This document shows, piece by piece, positions 8,464 to 23,671 of a stretch of DNA of 48,832 nucleotides. Position numbers and translations under genes: made by a program. Under the pieces are notes generated by a model. That model did not search any database, was not told the DNA's origin, and saw nothing but the letters and a program-made list of their open reading frames with translations. Every line of letters begins with the position of its first letter. The first letter of the stretch is position 1. Source of the stretch: an uncultured Eubacteriales bacterium (GTDB lineage: Bacteria > Bacillota > Clostridia > Lachnospirales > CAYPQA01); NCBI GenBank assembly GCA_964412725.1, contig CAYPQA010000002.1:1-48832 (forward strand), given 5' to 3'.

Positions 8464-9546
8464 TTAATGCACAGCAGCCACAGCCTGCCGTCCCATTTGA
8501 ATCCAAGCTTCTATAAAATCAGCAGCATTTGCCTTGTTCTTACCCGAAAGAGGGTCGTTAAAATATATGTATTTATCATCATAACCTGTGACAAGTACGG
8601 CATGCTCTTTGAATGTGATTTTAATGGGGCCGTCGTTTGTAACCCAGGTTGAAAATTCGGATTGCGGAAGTTTTTTATATGTTGTGTTTGTTATAACCCA
8701 AATCGGGGTGTTTGAATTCAGAAGATAAAAAAGGTCATAGAAATCACAGCCGGTGAAATCAACGGCTGAAAAAGGGAAATACTCCGAGAGAAGCTGATGG
8801 ATGGGCTTGTGGTATACACCATATCCCATAAGACTTTTATTACGCATATCGCCCACAAAACCAACATTAGGATTACCATAATGCACAACGCCACGGCTTA
8901 CACGATAGGGTGTTGTGTCTTTTTTTATTTCATCCGCAAGCTGAAGTTTCCCAACCTTAAGACCTTTATAGTTTATAAGCATTGCGAGGCTTGTAACCTC
9001 ACAGCCTCTGGGAAGCTCGGGATTTTGTAGAATCACGTCAATGTCCATGCTCACAGACATCTCGATAGGAACGGTGTTCGTCCAAAGAAGGCTGTTGTCC
9101 TTCCTGTGGTAGACGAATGAACGCGTGCCTGTCTTAGCCTTGGCTATGGCTGAGGTGAAGTCTGAATATTCCGCATAGCCGTCTGTGTCGTTGAAAACAA
9201 GAAACGGCGGGTAGTTATCCCATAGTACAAGGCTCTTATTAACCTGCCTTATCTGCACATGCTCAAGTTTCTTGCCCTGCTCCACAGCCTCCTCAAATGA
9301 ATTATAAGTGCTGTGTAGGCTGTTATCTACGTAAAGCTTGTAAGCACCGCCTGTTTTTGCTCCATTATTATCTTCTATCGGTGTGGTATTGTAATATTTA
9401 TTATATTCTTCAATCGTTGTTATACTTTGGTTTTCTCGTTGCACTCTGCGATTTTCAAGTATATTTATGATTTTAAAAACATTGCCCACAAAAAAGCCGC
9501 AGAATCCTACGGCTATTATGAGCATTATTATCAGAAATCTTTTCAT
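8464..9546 (-). CDS. Membrane-anchored or secreted C39 family peptidase
   Basis: N-terminal TM/signal; [29 protein letters not shown] catalytic motifs. Confidence 0.9.
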   Translation of the reverse strand: MKRFLIIMLIIAVGFCGFFVGNVFKIINILENRRVQRENQSITTIEEYNKYYNTTPIEDNNGAKTGGAYKLYVDNSLHSTYNSFEEAVEQGKKLEHVQIRQVNKSLVLWDNYPPFLVFNDTDGYAEYSDFTSAIAKAKTGTRSFVYHRKDNSLLWTNTVPIEMSVSMDIDVILQNPELPRGCEVTSLAMLINYKGLKVGKLQLADEIKKDTTPYRVSRGVVHYGNPNVGFVGDMRNKSLMGYGVYHKPIHQLLSEYFPFSAVDFTGCDFYDLFYLLNSNTPIWVITNTTYKKLPQSEFSTWVTNDGPIKITFKEHAVLVTGYDDKYIYFNDPLSGKNKANAADFIEAWIQMGRQAVAAVH

Positions 9547-11996
9547 TCTTCTATATCGCTTTCATTAATTTTGGCCATGCTTACAACCGTGACCCCTTCA
9601 TTGAGACTTATGAGCTTAACGCCCTGTGCGGTACGACCTTGCACGGATATATCACTAACCCTTATACGTATTATTATACCCTCAGAGTTTATAAGCATAA
9701 GCTCGTCATTGTCACTTACTAAGGACACGCCTACAATCTTACCTGTCTTTTCGTTAATCGTGTGAATCTTTACACCGCTTCCACCGCGTTTTTGCGCACG
9801 GAACTGGCTTAATTCGGAGACCTTACCAAATCCTTTTTCGGACACAATGAGCACTTTGCCGTCTGACAACATGTCTGCGCCTACAACGCAATCGTCCTCA
9901 CCTAAGCGTATTGCACGCACACCTGTCGCTTGACGACCCATTGAACGGATGTCATTTTCATTGAAGCAGATACCCTTAGCTTCCTTTGTGACTACGAATA
10001 TATCTTTTTCACCGTCAGTTTTCATAACGGATATAAGCTCGTCGTCCTCTCTGAGGTTAACTGCAATCAAACCGGCTTTCGGGATGTTCTGGAACTTGGA
10101 CAATGGTGTCTTCTTTACAATACCGGTTTTTGTGACCATTAAAATATAGTCGTTATCGCCGATTTCCCTGATGTTTATAGCCGTTGTAACCTTCTCGTCC
10201 TTAAGGTTCAAAAGGTTTATCAATGCCATACCTCTTGCGGTACGTCCGGCTTCCGGTATCTCATAGGCTTTTGCACGATATGCACGCCCCATGTTTGTGA
10301 AGAATATGAGAGTGTCATGCGTGTTGGCTATCAAAATCTGCTTAACTAAGTCTTCATCACGCATTTGCAAGCCTATGATGCCACGACCACCTCTGTTTTG
10401 GCTCTTATAAGTATTCAAAGGCAAGCGCTTAATATAATCAAAGCAGGTTTGTGTGATTACGCAAGTTTCTTCATCAATCAAGTCCTCGAGCATAATTTCA
10501 TCCTCTTGGAACACAATCTTTGTTCGTCTCTCATCGCCGTACTTTGTTCTTATAATTAGGATTTCCTCTTTTATAACGCTATAAAGACGCTTCTCGTCCT
10601 CAAGTATAGCTGTAAGCTCCTTGATTTTTTCCTTTATCTCCGCATACTCCTGCATAAGCTTGTCGCGTTCAAGCCCTGTGAGGCTTCTCAAACGCATTTC
10701 AACTATAGCTGTAGCCTGCTCCTCGGAGAATTCAAAGCGTTCTCTTAAGCGTTCTTTCGCTGTGCTCGTGTCAGGTGAGCTTCTTATAATGGATATAACC
10801 TCGTCTATATGGTCAAGAGCAATCAGAAGCCCTTCCAATATGTGTGCGCGCTTAAGGCACTTGTTGAGGTCGAAACGAGTTCGTCTTGTAACAACGTCCT
10901 TTTGATGGTCTATATAATGCTCCAGAAGCTCCTTAAGATTCAAAACCTTAGGTTCATTATTAACCAAAGCCAGCATAATAATGCCGAAACTTTCTTGAAG
11001 CTGTGTATATTTATATAATTGATTAAGGATAATATTAGCAGCCGCATCACGCTTTATTTCAATAACAATGCGAATACCGTTACGATTGGATTCATCCCTT
11101 AAATCTGAAATGCCCTCAATCTTTTTCTCCTTAACAAGTTCTGCAATCTTCTCAACCAGCTTCGCTTTATTAACCTGAAATGGAAGTTGCGTAACGATTA
11201 TACGCTCACGCCCGTTTGTTTCCTCTATCTCAGCATCAGAGCGTACAACAACCTTGCCGCGACCTGTCTTGTAGGCAAGCTTTATGCCGTTAACGCCCAT
11301 AATCGTTGCGCCGGTTGGGAAATCCGGGCCTTTAACTATGTTCAAAAGCTCGTTAATATCTGTCTCCCTATCCTCCTGAACACGGTTATCTATAATCTTC
11401 AGAACACCGTCAATAACCTCAGTAAGGTTATGGGGCGGTATGTTAGTGGCCATACCAACGGCTATACCGGACGAACCGTTTACAAGAAGATTTGGGAAAC
11501 GTGCAGGCAAAACAGTCGGCTCTTTGAATTCCTCGTCATAGTTTGGCACAAAGTCAACTGTATCTTTTTCTATATCCGCAAGCATCTCCGTTGACAATCG
11601 GCTCAAACGTGCTTCCGTGTAACGTTGAGCAGCAGGCGAATCTCCATCCATAGAACCGAAATTACCATGACCGTCAACAAGCATATAGCGCATGGAAAAC
11701 TCCTGCGCCATTCTTACCATTGCATCGTAAATAGACGACTCACCATGTGGGTGATATTTACCCATAGTGTCGCCCACGATACGAGCAGACTTCTTGTGTG
11801 CCTTTGAAGGATCCAGATTAAGCTCATTCATAGCATAGAGTATACGTCTATGAACAGGCTTCAATCCATCACGCACATCAGGCAACGCACGCGCAATAAT
11901 AACGCTCATCGCATATTCGATATACGACTTGCGCATTTCACTTTCTATATTAACCTCAATAATTTTGTCAATCTTGTTGTCAAGACCGTCGTCCAT
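9543..11996 (-). CDS. gyrA: DNA gyrase subunit A
   Basis: [23 protein letters not shown] active site, GyrA-box-like QNRGGRG, C-terminal pinwheel repeats. Confidence 0.98.
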   Translation of the reverse strand: MDDGLDNKIDKIIEVNIESEMRKSYIEYAMSVIIARALPDVRDGLKPVHRRILYAMNELNLDPSKAHKKSARIVGDTMGKYHPHGESSIYDAMVRMAQEFSMRYMLVDGHGNFGSMDGDSPAAQRYTEARLSRLSTEMLADIEKDTVDFVPNYDEEFKEPTVLPARFPNLLVNGSSGIAVGMATNIPPHNLTEVIDGVLKIIDNRVQEDRETDINELLNIVKGPDFPTGATIMGVNGIKLAYKTGRGKVVVRSDAEIEETNGRERIIVTQLPFQVNKAKLVEKIAELVKEKKIEGISDLRDESNRNGIRIVIEIKRDAAANIILNQLYKYTQLQESFGIIMLALVNNEPKVLNLKELLEHYIDHQKDVVTRRTRFDLNKCLKRAHILEGLLIALDHIDEVISIIRSSPDTSTAKERLRERFEFSEEQATAIVEMRLRSLTGLERDKLMQEYAEIKEKIKELTAILEDEKRLYSVIKEEILIIRTKYGDERRTKIVFQEDEIMLEDLIDEETCVITQTCFDYIKRLPLNTYKSQNRGGRGIIGLQMRDEDLVKQILIANTHDTLIFFTNMGRAYRAKAYEIPEAGRTARGMALINLLNLKDEKVTTAINIREIGDNDYILMVTKTGIVKKTPLSKFQNIPKAGLIAVNLREDDELISVMKTDGEKDIFVVTKEAKGICFNENDIRSMGRQATGVRAIRLGEDDCVVGADMLSDGKVLIVSEKGFGKVSELSQFRAQKRGGSGVKIHTINEKTGKIVGVSLVSDNDELMLINSEGIIIRIRVSDISVQGRTAQGVKLISLNEGVTVVSMAKINESDIEE

Positions 11997-12039
11997 GTAA
12001 ACCTCCGTCTTATTCCGTTGTCATTAAATGCAACACAGC

Positions 12040-15024
<2,985 letters not shown>

Positions 15025-15025
<1 letters not shown>

Positions 15026-16134
15026 TAGGTTCGCCTTCTCAACGGAAGAATAAGAAACTTATAAGAATCATTATCTAATCCAAAAATAGAACAAGCACTA
15101 TTTGGAGAATTAAAGCGTATAATCACCGTTTCTTCTTCAATAACCCTCAAAACATCAATAATATACCTTGGATTAAAAGAAATCTCCAAGGGCTCCCCAC
15201 TGAATTCAATGCCGACTTCATCTGTAACCATACCGTTTTGGCTGTTTGACGTAACGGTGCAAACCTCATCATTGATGCTAAGAACAACCGGAATCTTCTT
15301 GGTTTCATCGTAAAGAAGAATAGTTCTTTCAAGACAAGTTAATAATCCACTTTTACTAATACGAATCTCGGTCTTAAACGTATCCGGAAACGCTTGTTCG
15401 TATTTAATAAACTCCCCAAATAAAAGCGGTGTCACAACGCTAAACTTAGAAAACAAAAACATCGCATGATTTTCATTAACGTAAATTGAACATTCTTCGT
15501 CATCATCTGGTAAGATTTTACTAATTTCATTAATAATACGACCAGGAACGATAACACTTCTGTCTTCCTGTGTAATTTCTGTCTTTATTCGTTTTAACGC
15601 AATACGAACGCCATCAACACCCACACTTGTTATGCTGCTGTCGTTAATTTCAATCAATAAACCAGTAAACACAGGTTTGCTTGAATCCTTTTGCGCAATA
15701 GCAAACGAAGTCTGCTTTATCATCTTCTTGAGATTTTCCGTGTTGATAATCGTAGGTTTTTCCTTCTCCAAAAGCTTAACAAAGGTAAATTCTTCACCTG
15801 GATAGCCTAATATTTTGAATTCCGTCTTTCCGCAGCAAATCAAAACTTCCTTATTATCATCAACCGTAATTTCAATATTACCGTCCGGCATCTTTCTTAC
15901 GATTTCTTGGAACATCTTTGCCTCAAGAGCAATTAAGCCCGGGGTTAATACCTCTGCTTTAAAATAAGATGTTTCAATACCTAATTCCAAATCATTTCCC
16001 ATAAGCTTGAGCCCGAACTCATTCGCAGCTACAAGAATGCAGGATAAAATTTTAACAGCAGACTTGGAAGATACGGCTCTTGACACAATTAAAATATTCT
16101 CTAACAATTCATTTTTTGAACAAATAAACTTCAT
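15025..16134 (-). CDS. dnaN: DNA polymerase III beta sliding clamp
   Basis: 369 aa, GNDLELGI, VDGVRIA, FNPRYIIDVL, LILPLR C-terminus; downstream of dnaA. Confidence 0.96.
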
Positions 16135-16480
16135 AAGAGCACCTCAATAAAAAATATAGATTTTCCACACGCATAATCCATATATATGTTGTTGAATAGT
16201 AGAAGTAGTAGTAGGTGATGTAGATATGTGGAAAAGCCCAACAAGCCCAGTAAACTCAACAAATATAACTGCATAAATCAATGTGGATAACAAAAAAATC
16301 CAACACCCATTGTCCACACTATCCACATTGTGAAAAATTCGACTTGATTTTTCTCAAAGTTATCCACAAACACCCTCACTTATCCACAGAGTTATCCACA
16401 ATCATGCTTTACTTTTTCAACACCCTATCCACAACGAATCCACAGGTTTTTCCACAAACACTTAATAATTCAAACCTTAA
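16135..16480. other. Chromosomal replication origin oriC (dnaA-dnaN intergenic)
   Basis: Perfect DnaA boxes at 16282-16290, 16360-16368, 16380-16388, 16392-16400; near-matches at 16161, 16227, 16310, 16319, 16425, 16436, 16448; predominant gene strand switches here. Confidence 0.95.
16197..16235 (-). promoter_or_regulatory. Basal unwinding site: DnaA box followed by DnaA-trio array
   Basis: Minus strand TTTTCCACA...CTACTACTACTTCTACTAT then AT-rich DNA, as in the Bacillus subtilis oriC unwinding region. Confidence 0.8.
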
Positions 16481-17854
16481 TCACTCACCCTTAATTCGTT
16501 TCTCCAATTCCCTGATCTCAACCTTGAGGTTTTGATCCGACTCAATGTCCTGACTGATTTTTTCACAGCCATGCATAATTGTTGAATGATCACGTCCTCC
16601 GAGGTATTCACCAAGTTTAAGTAAAGAAATATCAAGAAGCTTTCTGGACATGTACATAAAAATCTGGCGAGGATAGGTGAGATTTTGGGTTCTCTTTTTG
16701 CCGCACATATCGGCTACGGATATTTTGTAATAATCTGTAATTATCTCAGCTATATGATCAAGTGTTATCTCTTTTATGATGTTGTTGTTAATTAAATCTT
16801 TGATTTCTTTTTCTGCGAATGCTACGGTTAATTGTTCCTTTTTGATTTTAGCTGAATAAGTTACTTTATTAAGAGCACCTTCCAAATCTCTTATGTTAGA
16901 AACTATGTTTTTTGCAATGAAATGGATAACATCTTTTGGTACAGATAGATTTTCAAGTTCGGCTTTTTTATCCAAAATTGCGGTTCTGGTCTCAAAGTCG
17001 GGCAGAGTTATATCAACGATAAGTCCACATCCGAAACGTGAACGCAAACGTTCTTCAAGAGTTTTAATCTCTTTTGGAGGCTGGTCACTGGAAATAACAA
17101 TCTGCTTGTTTGCATCGTACAGCGTGTTAAAAGTGTGGAAAAATTCTTCTTGGGTTCCCTCTTTTTCCGAAAGAAATTGAATATCATCGACGAGTAGTAC
17201 ATCTATATCTCTATATTTATTTCTGAATTCTTGATTTTTTCTTTCACGTATAGAGTTTATAAGCTCATTCATAAAGGTTTCGGTTGATATGTACAGAACC
17301 TTAGATTCTGAATTTTGAGAGAGAATATAATTTCCAATGGAATGCATAAGATGGGTTTTCCCTAGACCAACGCCCCCGTATAAAAAAAGCGGATTGTATG
17401 TAGTCTTGCCTGGAGCTTCCGCAACGGCCAGTGCCGCAGCATAAGCAAATTCATTGCTTTTTCCGCGCACAAAGTTCTCAAACACATATTTGGGTTTAAG
17501 GTTTGAGTTTTTGATGTTCGCATCATTGCGCTTGCCTCCTGATTTTTTAACCGTCTCAAAATCCTCAGGAGAAACAAGTTTGATAGGAATCTGGTAGCCT
17601 GCGGCTTCTTTAAGACAATCCGTTATCGTGTTAAGATAGCGCTCTTCAATAGTGGGCTTGAAAAAATTTTCTTCGGTTTTAAGGAACAATAAACCATCTT
17701 TCACGCGAATAGGTTTAAGTGGTCTAATCCAGGTGTCAAAGACTACAGATGTAAAAGCTTTTTGCATAAGACCTAGTGCCTTATCCCAATTTTCCATATA
17801 CATTGGCTCAAGCGAACCATTTTCAGATTCACCGTTCATCAAATTGTTGTTCAT
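16481..17854 (-). CDS. dnaA: Chromosomal replication initiator DnaA
   Basis: YNPLFLYGGVGLGKTHL, LLVDDIQFL, RLRSRF, GGRDHSTIMH. Confidence 0.99.
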   Translation of the reverse strand: MNNNLMNGESENGSLEPMYMENWDKALGLMQKAFTSVVFDTWIRPLKPIRVKDGLLFLKTEENFFKPTIEERYLNTITDCLKEAAGYQIPIKLVSPEDFETVKKSGGKRNDANIKNSNLKPKYVFENFVRGKSNEFAYAAALAVAEAPGKTTYNPLFLYGGVGLGKTHLMHSIGNYILSQNSESKVLYISTETFMNELINSIRERKNQEFRNKYRDIDVLLVDDIQFLSEKEGTQEEFFHTFNTLYDANKQIVISSDQPPKEIKTLEERLRSRFGCGLIVDITLPDFETRTAILDKKAELENLSVPKDVIHFIAKNIVSNIRDLEGALNKVTYSAKIKKEQLTVAFAEKEIKDLINNNIIKEITLDHIAEIITDYYKISVADMCGKKRTQNLTYPRQIFMYMSRKLLDISLLKLGEYLGGRDHSTIMHGCEKISQDIESDQNLKVEIRELEKRIKGE

Positions 17855-17967
17855 AATTCTCTCCGTAATATCAATGAAATTTTTATTATTGATTTTCTAT
17901 TTTAACAAAAAAAAATATGCATAGCAACAAAAAATTGAAAAATTAAACTTTATTTTTCCCAAAAAAC

Positions 17968-17996
17968 TTGACTTGAAAATTTTTTTCAAATATAAT
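17968..17996 (+). promoter_or_regulatory. Sigma-A promoter of the rpmH operon
   Basis: TTGACT-17 bp-TATAAT. Confidence 0.75.
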
Positions 17997-18047
17997 ATGC
18001 GGGCAATTATTTTTTACAAAGAATATATAAAAGGAGATGCCAAGAAA

Positions 18048-18182
18048 ATGAAAATGACCTTTCAACCCAAAAAGAAGCAAAGAAGCGCGGAGCACGGCTT
18101 CAGAAAGAGGATGAGTTCAAAGAACGGACGCAAGGTTCTTTTGAGACGACGCCGCAAGGGTAGGGCGAAATTATCTGCTTAA
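18048..18182 (+). CDS. rpmH: 50S ribosomal protein L34
   Basis: [22 protein letters not shown]...[12 protein letters not shown], 44 aa; AAGGAG RBS. Confidence 0.97.
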   Translation: MKMTFQPKKKQRSAEHGFRKRMSSKNGRKVLLRRRRKGRAKLSA

Positions 18183-18535
18183 TGCGCAGAACAAAATCAC
18201 TCTGTAAAAATACCGATTTTAAACATGTCTATGAGCGTGGCAAAAACATCTCAAACCGTATCATGGCACTCGTTACCCTGCCTAATGGTCTTGAAGTTAA
18301 TAGATTGGGCATTACAGTCAGTAAGAAAATAGGTAATTCCGTTGTAAGAAGCCGAGTAAAGCGTTTAATTAAAGAGGCTTACCGTTTAAATGAGCTCAAA
18401 ATGAAGACAAGTTTTGACTATGTATTTGTTGCAAGATTACCTATTAACGGTTGTAACTTTTGGCAGATTCAAGAAAGTCTTTTAGGATTGGTTCAAAGAC
18501 AGAAGCTTTTTTTGTGTGATTGTGAGAATGAATAA
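18182..18535 (+). CDS. rnpA: Ribonuclease P protein component
   Basis: RLGITVSKKIGNSVVRSRVKRLIKE RNR-like motif; follows rpmH. Confidence 0.96.
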   Translation: MRRTKSLCKNTDFKHVYERGKNISNRIMALVTLPNGLEVNRLGITVSKKIGNSVVRSRVKRLIKEAYRLNELKMKTSFDYVFVARLPINGCNFWQIQESLLGLVQRQKLFLCDCENE

Positions 18536-18761
18536 TTTAACTTTTAGAAAAATTTTTGTTTTACCTATTAAGTTTTATAAAAAGTGTATATCGCCCTTTT
18601 TGCCCAATGCTTGCAGATTTTATCCGACTTGTTCGGAGTATTTTTTGGAGGCTGTTCTTAAACATGGAGTCGTAAAGGGCTCTTTTTTGGGTGTTAAAAG
18701 AATACTTCGTTGCAATCCGTTTTGTGAAGGCGGGATTGATTATGTGCCGGAGAATTTTTAA
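18528..18761 (+). CDS. yidD: Membrane protein insertion efficiency factor YidD
   Basis: ISPFLPNACRFYPTCSEY...RILRCNPF motif; exact start uncertain (18516 or 18528). Confidence 0.93.
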   Translation: MNNLTFRKIFVLPIKFYKKCISPFLPNACRFYPTCSEYFLEAVLKHGVVKGSFLGVKRILRCNPFCEGGIDYVPENF

Positions 18762-18773
18762 GGAGGAAGTTTT

Positions 18774-19775
18774 TTGTCGGTAATTTACGGAGGTTTATCC
18801 CTCTTAAGCAAATTTATTCAAAAGGAACCCGGTATAATCGTTGGGCCTATTACCCAAGTGCTTGGTTTTATAATTAATTTCATCTTTGAGATTGTAAACA
18901 AGATTACTCTTGAAAATTCGCTGGGAATCTCAATAATACTGTTGACTATTGTTGCAAGGGTTATAATGTTGCCGTTGGCATTTAAACAACAAAAGTCCAT
19001 GATGATGATGCAAAAAATCCAGCCTCAGGTTGAAGCTATAAAGAAAAAATACGGTGATTCAAAAGACCCAGAGATTCAACAAAAAATGAACGCGGAGATA
19101 CAGTCACTTTGGGCGAAAAACAAGGTTAATCCACTCAGTGGATGTTTGCCTCTTTTTATCCAAATGCCCATATTTTTTGCTCTTAACTACCTGTTTCAAC
19201 AAACTTTTTTATTTGTGTCAAGTATAGGCAATTTGTATACTAAAATATCTGAAACCATTATAAGTTATCCTGATTTTGCAAGCTTTATGGTTGACCTTGC
19301 ACGTCCTTTAGTTCCTAAAGGCATGGAAATTGACATTGCGCTTGTTGAACACATGAACAAAGTTATTAACAAACTTTCATTTGCAAGCTGGGAGAAAGTA
19401 ACTTCTGCTATGAATTCTCCTTACCTTAACGAATTGTTAATTGAAAAAAATCAAATTGAACATTTTTTTGGCATAAATCTGGTTGACGTGGCTGGTTGGG
19501 CATGGCCGGGTATACTTATACCTATATTTGCAGCACTTACACAATTCTTATCTGCATATTTTATGAATAAGCAAAATACCAATCAAGACGCGAATATGAA
19601 AAATCAACAAACTATTATGATGATAGTTATGCCTTTGGTTATGGGTTGGTTTACAATTTCTTTCCCGGCAGGTGTTGGTTTGTATTGGGTAACCACAAAC
19701 TTGTTCCAATTATTTCAGCAGTTAGTCATGAACAAACAGATGAATGTTGATAAAAAAGAAGGTGATGCCAAATGA
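18774..19775 (+). CDS. yidC: Membrane protein insertase YidC/Oxa1
   Basis: GISIILLTIVARVIMLPL, NPLSGCLPLFIQMP, PAGVGLYW. Confidence 0.95.
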   Translation: MSVIYGGLSLLSKFIQKEPGIIVGPITQVLGFIINFIFEIVNKITLENSLGISIILLTIVARVIMLPLAFKQQKSMMMMQKIQPQVEAIKKKYGDSKDPEIQQKMNAEIQSLWAKNKVNPLSGCLPLFIQMPIFFALNYLFQQTFLFVSSIGNLYTKISETIISYPDFASFMVDLARPLVPKGMEIDIALVEHMNKVINKLSFASWEKVTSAMNSPYLNELLIEKNQIEHFFGINLVDVAGWAWPGILIPIFAALTQFLSAYFMNKQNTNQDANMKNQQTIMMIVMPLVMGWFTISFPAGVGLYWVTTNLFQLFQQLVMNKQMNVDKKEGDAK

Positions 19776-20410
19776 GAACCATTGAAAAGACAGGAAAAAC
19801 ATTTGAAGAAGCGAAGAGGGCTGCTTTGGATGAGCTTGGACTTTCCGAAGAAAAGGTTGAGATAACGGTTCTGGATCATGGTTCTAAAGGGTTTTTGGGT
19901 TTAGGCCAAAAACCCTGTAAAATTAGCGTGAAGATTATCTTTAATCCTGAAGACGTTGCTGTAACATTTTTAAAGGATATTGCGCTTGCACTTAAAACAA
20001 CGGTTATTATCAAAACCGAAAAAGACGAGAAACACCTTAACATAAACATAACGGGGGAAGACGTGGGTGTTTTTATAGGAAAGCACGGTCAAACCCTTGA
20101 CGCCTTACAGTATTTGACAAGCCTTGTTGTGAACAAGGGCAATGCCCCATATCTCGCTGTTAATATTGATGTTGAGAATTACAGACAGAAACGTAAGGAA
20201 ACTCTGGAAAGCCTTGCACACAATCTGGCGAAAAAAGTCAAAATAACTAAAAAAAGCGTGTACTTAGAACCTATGAGTTCCCATGAGCGCCGCATTATCC
20301 ATGCCGCGCTTCAAAATGAGCGCGGTATTTCAACTTATAGCGAGGGTGACGAGCCATCTCGTTATGTGGTAATTGCACTTAAAGAATGGAAAAGAGAAAA
20401 ACATGCTTAA
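19772..20410 (+). CDS. jag: RNA-binding protein Jag/EloR (KhpB)
   Basis: Jag N-terminus (KGFLGLG), KH IGKHGQTLDALQYL, R3H ERRIIH. Confidence 0.95.
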   Translation: MRTIEKTGKTFEEAKRAALDELGLSEEKVEITVLDHGSKGFLGLGQKPCKISVKIIFNPEDVAVTFLKDIALALKTTVIIKTEKDEKHLNINITGEDVGVFIGKHGQTLDALQYLTSLVVNKGNAPYLAVNIDVENYRQKRKETLESLAHNLAKKVKITKKSVYLEPMSSHERRIIHAALQNERGISTYSEGDEPSRYVVIALKEWKREKHA

Positions 20411-21791
20411 TGATACTATAGCCGCCGTCGCCACGCCTGTTGCTGGCGGCGGCATTGCCATAATTAGGCTTAGTGGCGACAGAGCCTTGGATGTTGTAAA
20501 GAAAATTTTCAAATGCAAGGGAAAATTTGAACCTAAATCTCACACAATTACCTATGGATATATTTATGATTCTCATGGACATATGATTGATGAGGTTTTG
20601 GTAATGGTTATGCTTGCACCGCGCTCGTATACTGCTGAAAATGTTGTTGAGATTAATTGCCATGGTGGGAGTGCGGTTGTTTCCGCGGTATTTGAAGCTA
20701 TTCTTTCGGCGGGCGCGCGGAGGGCGGAACCCGGTGAATTCACAAAAAGGGCTTTTTTGAATGGACGTATAGACTTATCTCAAGCAGAAGCGGTTGCAGA
20801 CTTAATAAATGCCAAGACTAAGCTTGCATCTAAGCTTGCACTTAACCAACTTAATGGCTCTGTTTCCCGGGAAATAGATGAAATTAGAGAACGTATTCTT
20901 AACTTAACCGCACAGGTAGATGTATCTTTAGATTATCCTGAATATGAAGATGATTTTGGAAATTTATCTTTTGTAAAAGAAGAAGCCAGTGTTTTATTGG
21001 CTACAATTCAAAAAATGCTTAAGAATTATGAGGATGGTAAAATTATAAGAGAAGGTTTGACTGCTGCAATTTTAGGTAGTCCTAATGTTGGGAAATCCTC
21101 ATTGCTTAATGCGCTTTTATCTGAGGAAAGAGCGATTGTAACAGACATTCCTGGTACAACAAGGGATGTTTTATACGAATATATTAATATAAATGGCATT
21201 TCTGTTAAGCTTGCAGATACGGCCGGTATACGCCAGACGGATGAACCTATTGAAAAAATCGGTGTAGAACGTTCTATGTCTCAAATTTCTGTGAGCGATT
21301 TAATTATACTTGTTTTGGATAATTCGCGAGCTGTTAATGAGCAAGAACTTGAACTTATATCTACTATCCGAGAAAACCAAGAAAGCAAGCGAGTTATTGT
21401 TGTTGTGAATAAATGTGATTTACCACCTAAAATCGAACTTGACATGATAAGGCAACATCTGCCCGAATCTGTTTTTATAAATTCGTCATTGAAGGGAAAT
21501 AAGGTTGCGGCTGTTGAGGAAATTAGGGAAGCATTCGGCCGTTTGTTTTTTAATAGTGAATATTTGGAACAAGCCAATAATCAAGCTTTGATTAATAAAG
21601 CAAGGCATAAAGATGCATTGGAGCGTGCCGGGGCGGCTCTTTCTGAATTATTGGGAAGCTGTTTTTTGACCGAGGACATAGTCTCTCTGCTCTTAAGAGA
21701 AGCATACGCGGCCTTGGGTGAGATTAATGGCGATTCGGTTTCTATTGATATTGTTGATAAAATTTTTGAGGAGTTTTGTGTTGGAAAATGA
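20403..21791 (+). CDS. mnmE: tRNA modification GTPase MnmE
   Basis: [39 protein letters not shown]-terminal FCVGK. Confidence 0.97.
   Translation: MLNDTIAAVATPVAGGGIAIIRLSGDRALDVVKKIFKCKGKFEPKSHTITYGYIYDSHGHMIDEVLVMVMLAPRSYTAENVVEINCHGGSAVVSAVFEAILSAGARRAEPGEFTKRAFLNGRIDLSQAEAVADLINAKTKLASKLALNQLNGSVSREIDEIRERILNLTAQVDVSLDYPEYEDDFGNLSFVKEEASVLLATIQKMLKNYEDGKIIREGLTAAILGSPNVGKSSLLNALLSEERAIVTDIPGTTRDVLYEYININGISVKLADTAGIRQTDEPIEKIGVERSMSQISVSDLIILVLDNSRAVNEQELELISTIRENQESKRVIVVVNKCDLPPKIELDMIRQHLPESVFINSSLKGNKVAAVEEIREAFGRLFFNSEYLEQANNQALINKARHKDALERAGAALSELLGSCFLTEDIVSLLLREAYAALGEINGDSVSIDIVDKIFEEFCVGK
20861..20876. promoter_or_regulatory. Candidate Noc-binding site (NBS) inside mnmE
   Basis: TGTTTCCCGGGAAATA, 15/16 to the Bacillus NBS TATTTCCCGGGAAATA; a noc gene lies about 3.5 kb away. 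Confidence 0.55.
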
Positions 21792-23671
21792 ATAATAATT
21801 GGGATGTTTGCGTCGTAGGCGGGGGTCATGCAGGTTGTGAAGCTGCATTGGCCGCAAGCCGTATGGGGCTTAAGACGCTTATGTTCGTGCTTAATGCCGA
21901 CAGCATTGCTATGATGCCTTGTAACCCTAATATTGGCGGAAGCTCAAAGGGTCACTTGGTTAAAGAAATTGATGCGCTTGGCGGCGAAATGGGCAAAAAT
22001 ATAGATAAGACTTTTATCCAAAGTCGTATGCTTAATTTAGGTAAAGGGCCTGCTGTTCATTCTTTGAGGGCTCAGGCTGACAAATGGGCTTATTCAAGGG
22101 AAATGAAACGTACACTTGAAAACTCTGAAAATCTTGATATTCGTCAAGGCGAGGTTTGTGAGCTGGTTTTTGAAGATATGGACAAGCGTAGGATAAAGGG
22201 CGTTGTTTCAGAAACAGGCGCTATTTATTATTGTAGCTCTGTTATTCTGGCTCTTGGAACATATTTGCGTGCAAAATGCTTGTACGGTGAGGTTATCGTG
22301 GAATCTGGGCCAAACGGATTAAAGACTTCACGTGGGCTTTATGGCTTTTTGGAAGCACAAGGCATATCGCTTTTGCGTTTTAAAACAGGTACTCCTGCTA
22401 GAATAGATTCAAGAAGTCTGGATTTTTCAGCAATGGAGCGTCAAGACGGTGATAAGAAACTCGTACCGTTTTCTTTTGAAAATAATCCAGATTTAATAGC
22501 AAGAACCCAAACACCTTGCTATCTCACATATACAAACGAAAATACTCACGAAATCATACGCTCTAACCTTCATCGTTCACCTATGTATTCGGGCGTTATT
22601 GAAGGCACGGGTACACGTTATTGTCCTTCTATTGAGGACAAGGTTGTACGTTTTGCAGATAAAGAAAGGCATCAGATTTTTATAGAACCCGAGGGTGAAT
22701 GTACAAATGAGATGTATGTTTCAGGTATGTCTACCTCTATGCCCGAGGATGTTCAGATAAGTATGTACAGAACGGTTAAAGGCTTGGAGAATTGTCGGTT
22801 TATACGTTCAGGTTATGCGATTGAATATGACTGCTTGGATGCTACGCAGCTTAAGTTAAGTCTGGAGTTTAAGGACATTGACGGCTTATTTTCTGCGGGG
22901 CAATTTAATGGATCGTCCGGTTATGAGGAAGCCGCGGCACAGGGCATTGTTGCGGGAATTAATGCAGCATTTTATGTAAAAAAACAGGAGCCTTTAATTA
23001 TAGACCGTTCAGAAGCCTATATAGGTGTTTTAATTGATGATTTGGTTGTGAAGGGCACGAAGGAACCGTACAGGATGCTTACTTCACGTTCGGAATATCG
23101 TTTGTTTTTGAGGCAGGATAATGCAGACATGCGCCTAACGGAGCATGGGTATAGCGTGGGGCTTATCAGCGAAGAACGTTACTCAAAATTTTTACGCAAG
23201 AAAGAATTAATTAAAAATGAAATCCAAAGGGTTCAGAATGTTATAATACCACCCTCTGATGCTATAAACAGCTTTCTAGAAAGCTACTCCAGCTCACCAA
23301 TAACTACAGGAATACGGCTTTCTGAATTGATAAAACGCCCTGAGTTAAGTTACCACACCCTAAGTGAATTTGATAGCAATAGACCAGAATTTGAATTTTA
23401 TGATGTACCGGAAGCTGTAAATATCGAAATTAAATATAAGGGCTATATTGACAGAGCACTTTTGCAGATAGAGCAATTCAAAAAAGCAGAGAGCATAAAG
23501 CTTTCTCCGGATATTGATTATAATGCCATTGATGGCTTGCGGTTGGAAGCAAGGCAGAAGCTTTCTCGAATGAAACCTGAGAATTTGGGTGTTGCGTCAA
23601 GAATTACGGGGGTTTCGCCCGCGGATATAAGCGTTTTAATGATAAGCTTGAAAAAGATGAGGAAACTATGA
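21788..23671 (+). CDS. mnmG: tRNA uridine-5-carboxymethylaminomethyl modification enzyme MnmG
   Basis: [44 protein letters not shown]; ATGA overlap with mnmE. Confidence 0.98.
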   Translation: MNNNWDVCVVGGGHAGCEAALAASRMGLKTLMFVLNADSIAMMPCNPNIGGSSKGHLVKEIDALGGEMGKNIDKTFIQSRMLNLGKGPAVHSLRAQADKWAYSREMKRTLENSENLDIRQGEVCELVFEDMDKRRIKGVVSETGAIYYCSSVILALGTYLRAKCLYGEVIVESGPNGLKTSRGLYGFLEAQGISLLRFKTGTPARIDSRSLDFSAMERQDGDKKLVPFSFENNPDLIARTQTPCYLTYTNENTHEIIRSNLHRSPMYSGVIEGTGTRYCPSIEDKVVRFADKERHQIFIEPEGECTNEMYVSGMSTSMPEDVQISMYRTVKGLENCRFIRSGYAIEYDCLDATQLKLSLEFKDIDGLFSAGQFNGSSGYEEAAAQGIVAGINAAFYVKKQEPLIIDRSEAYIGVLIDDLVVKGTKEPYRMLTSRSEYRLFLRQDNADMRLTEHGYSVGLISEERYSKFLRKKELIKNEIQRVQNVIIPPSDAINSFLESYSSSPITTGIRLSELIKRPELSYHTLSEFDSNRPEFEFYDVPEAVNIEIKYKGYIDRALLQIEQFKKAESIKLSPDIDYNAIDGLRLEARQKLSRMKPENLGVASRITGVSPADISVLMISLKKMRKL

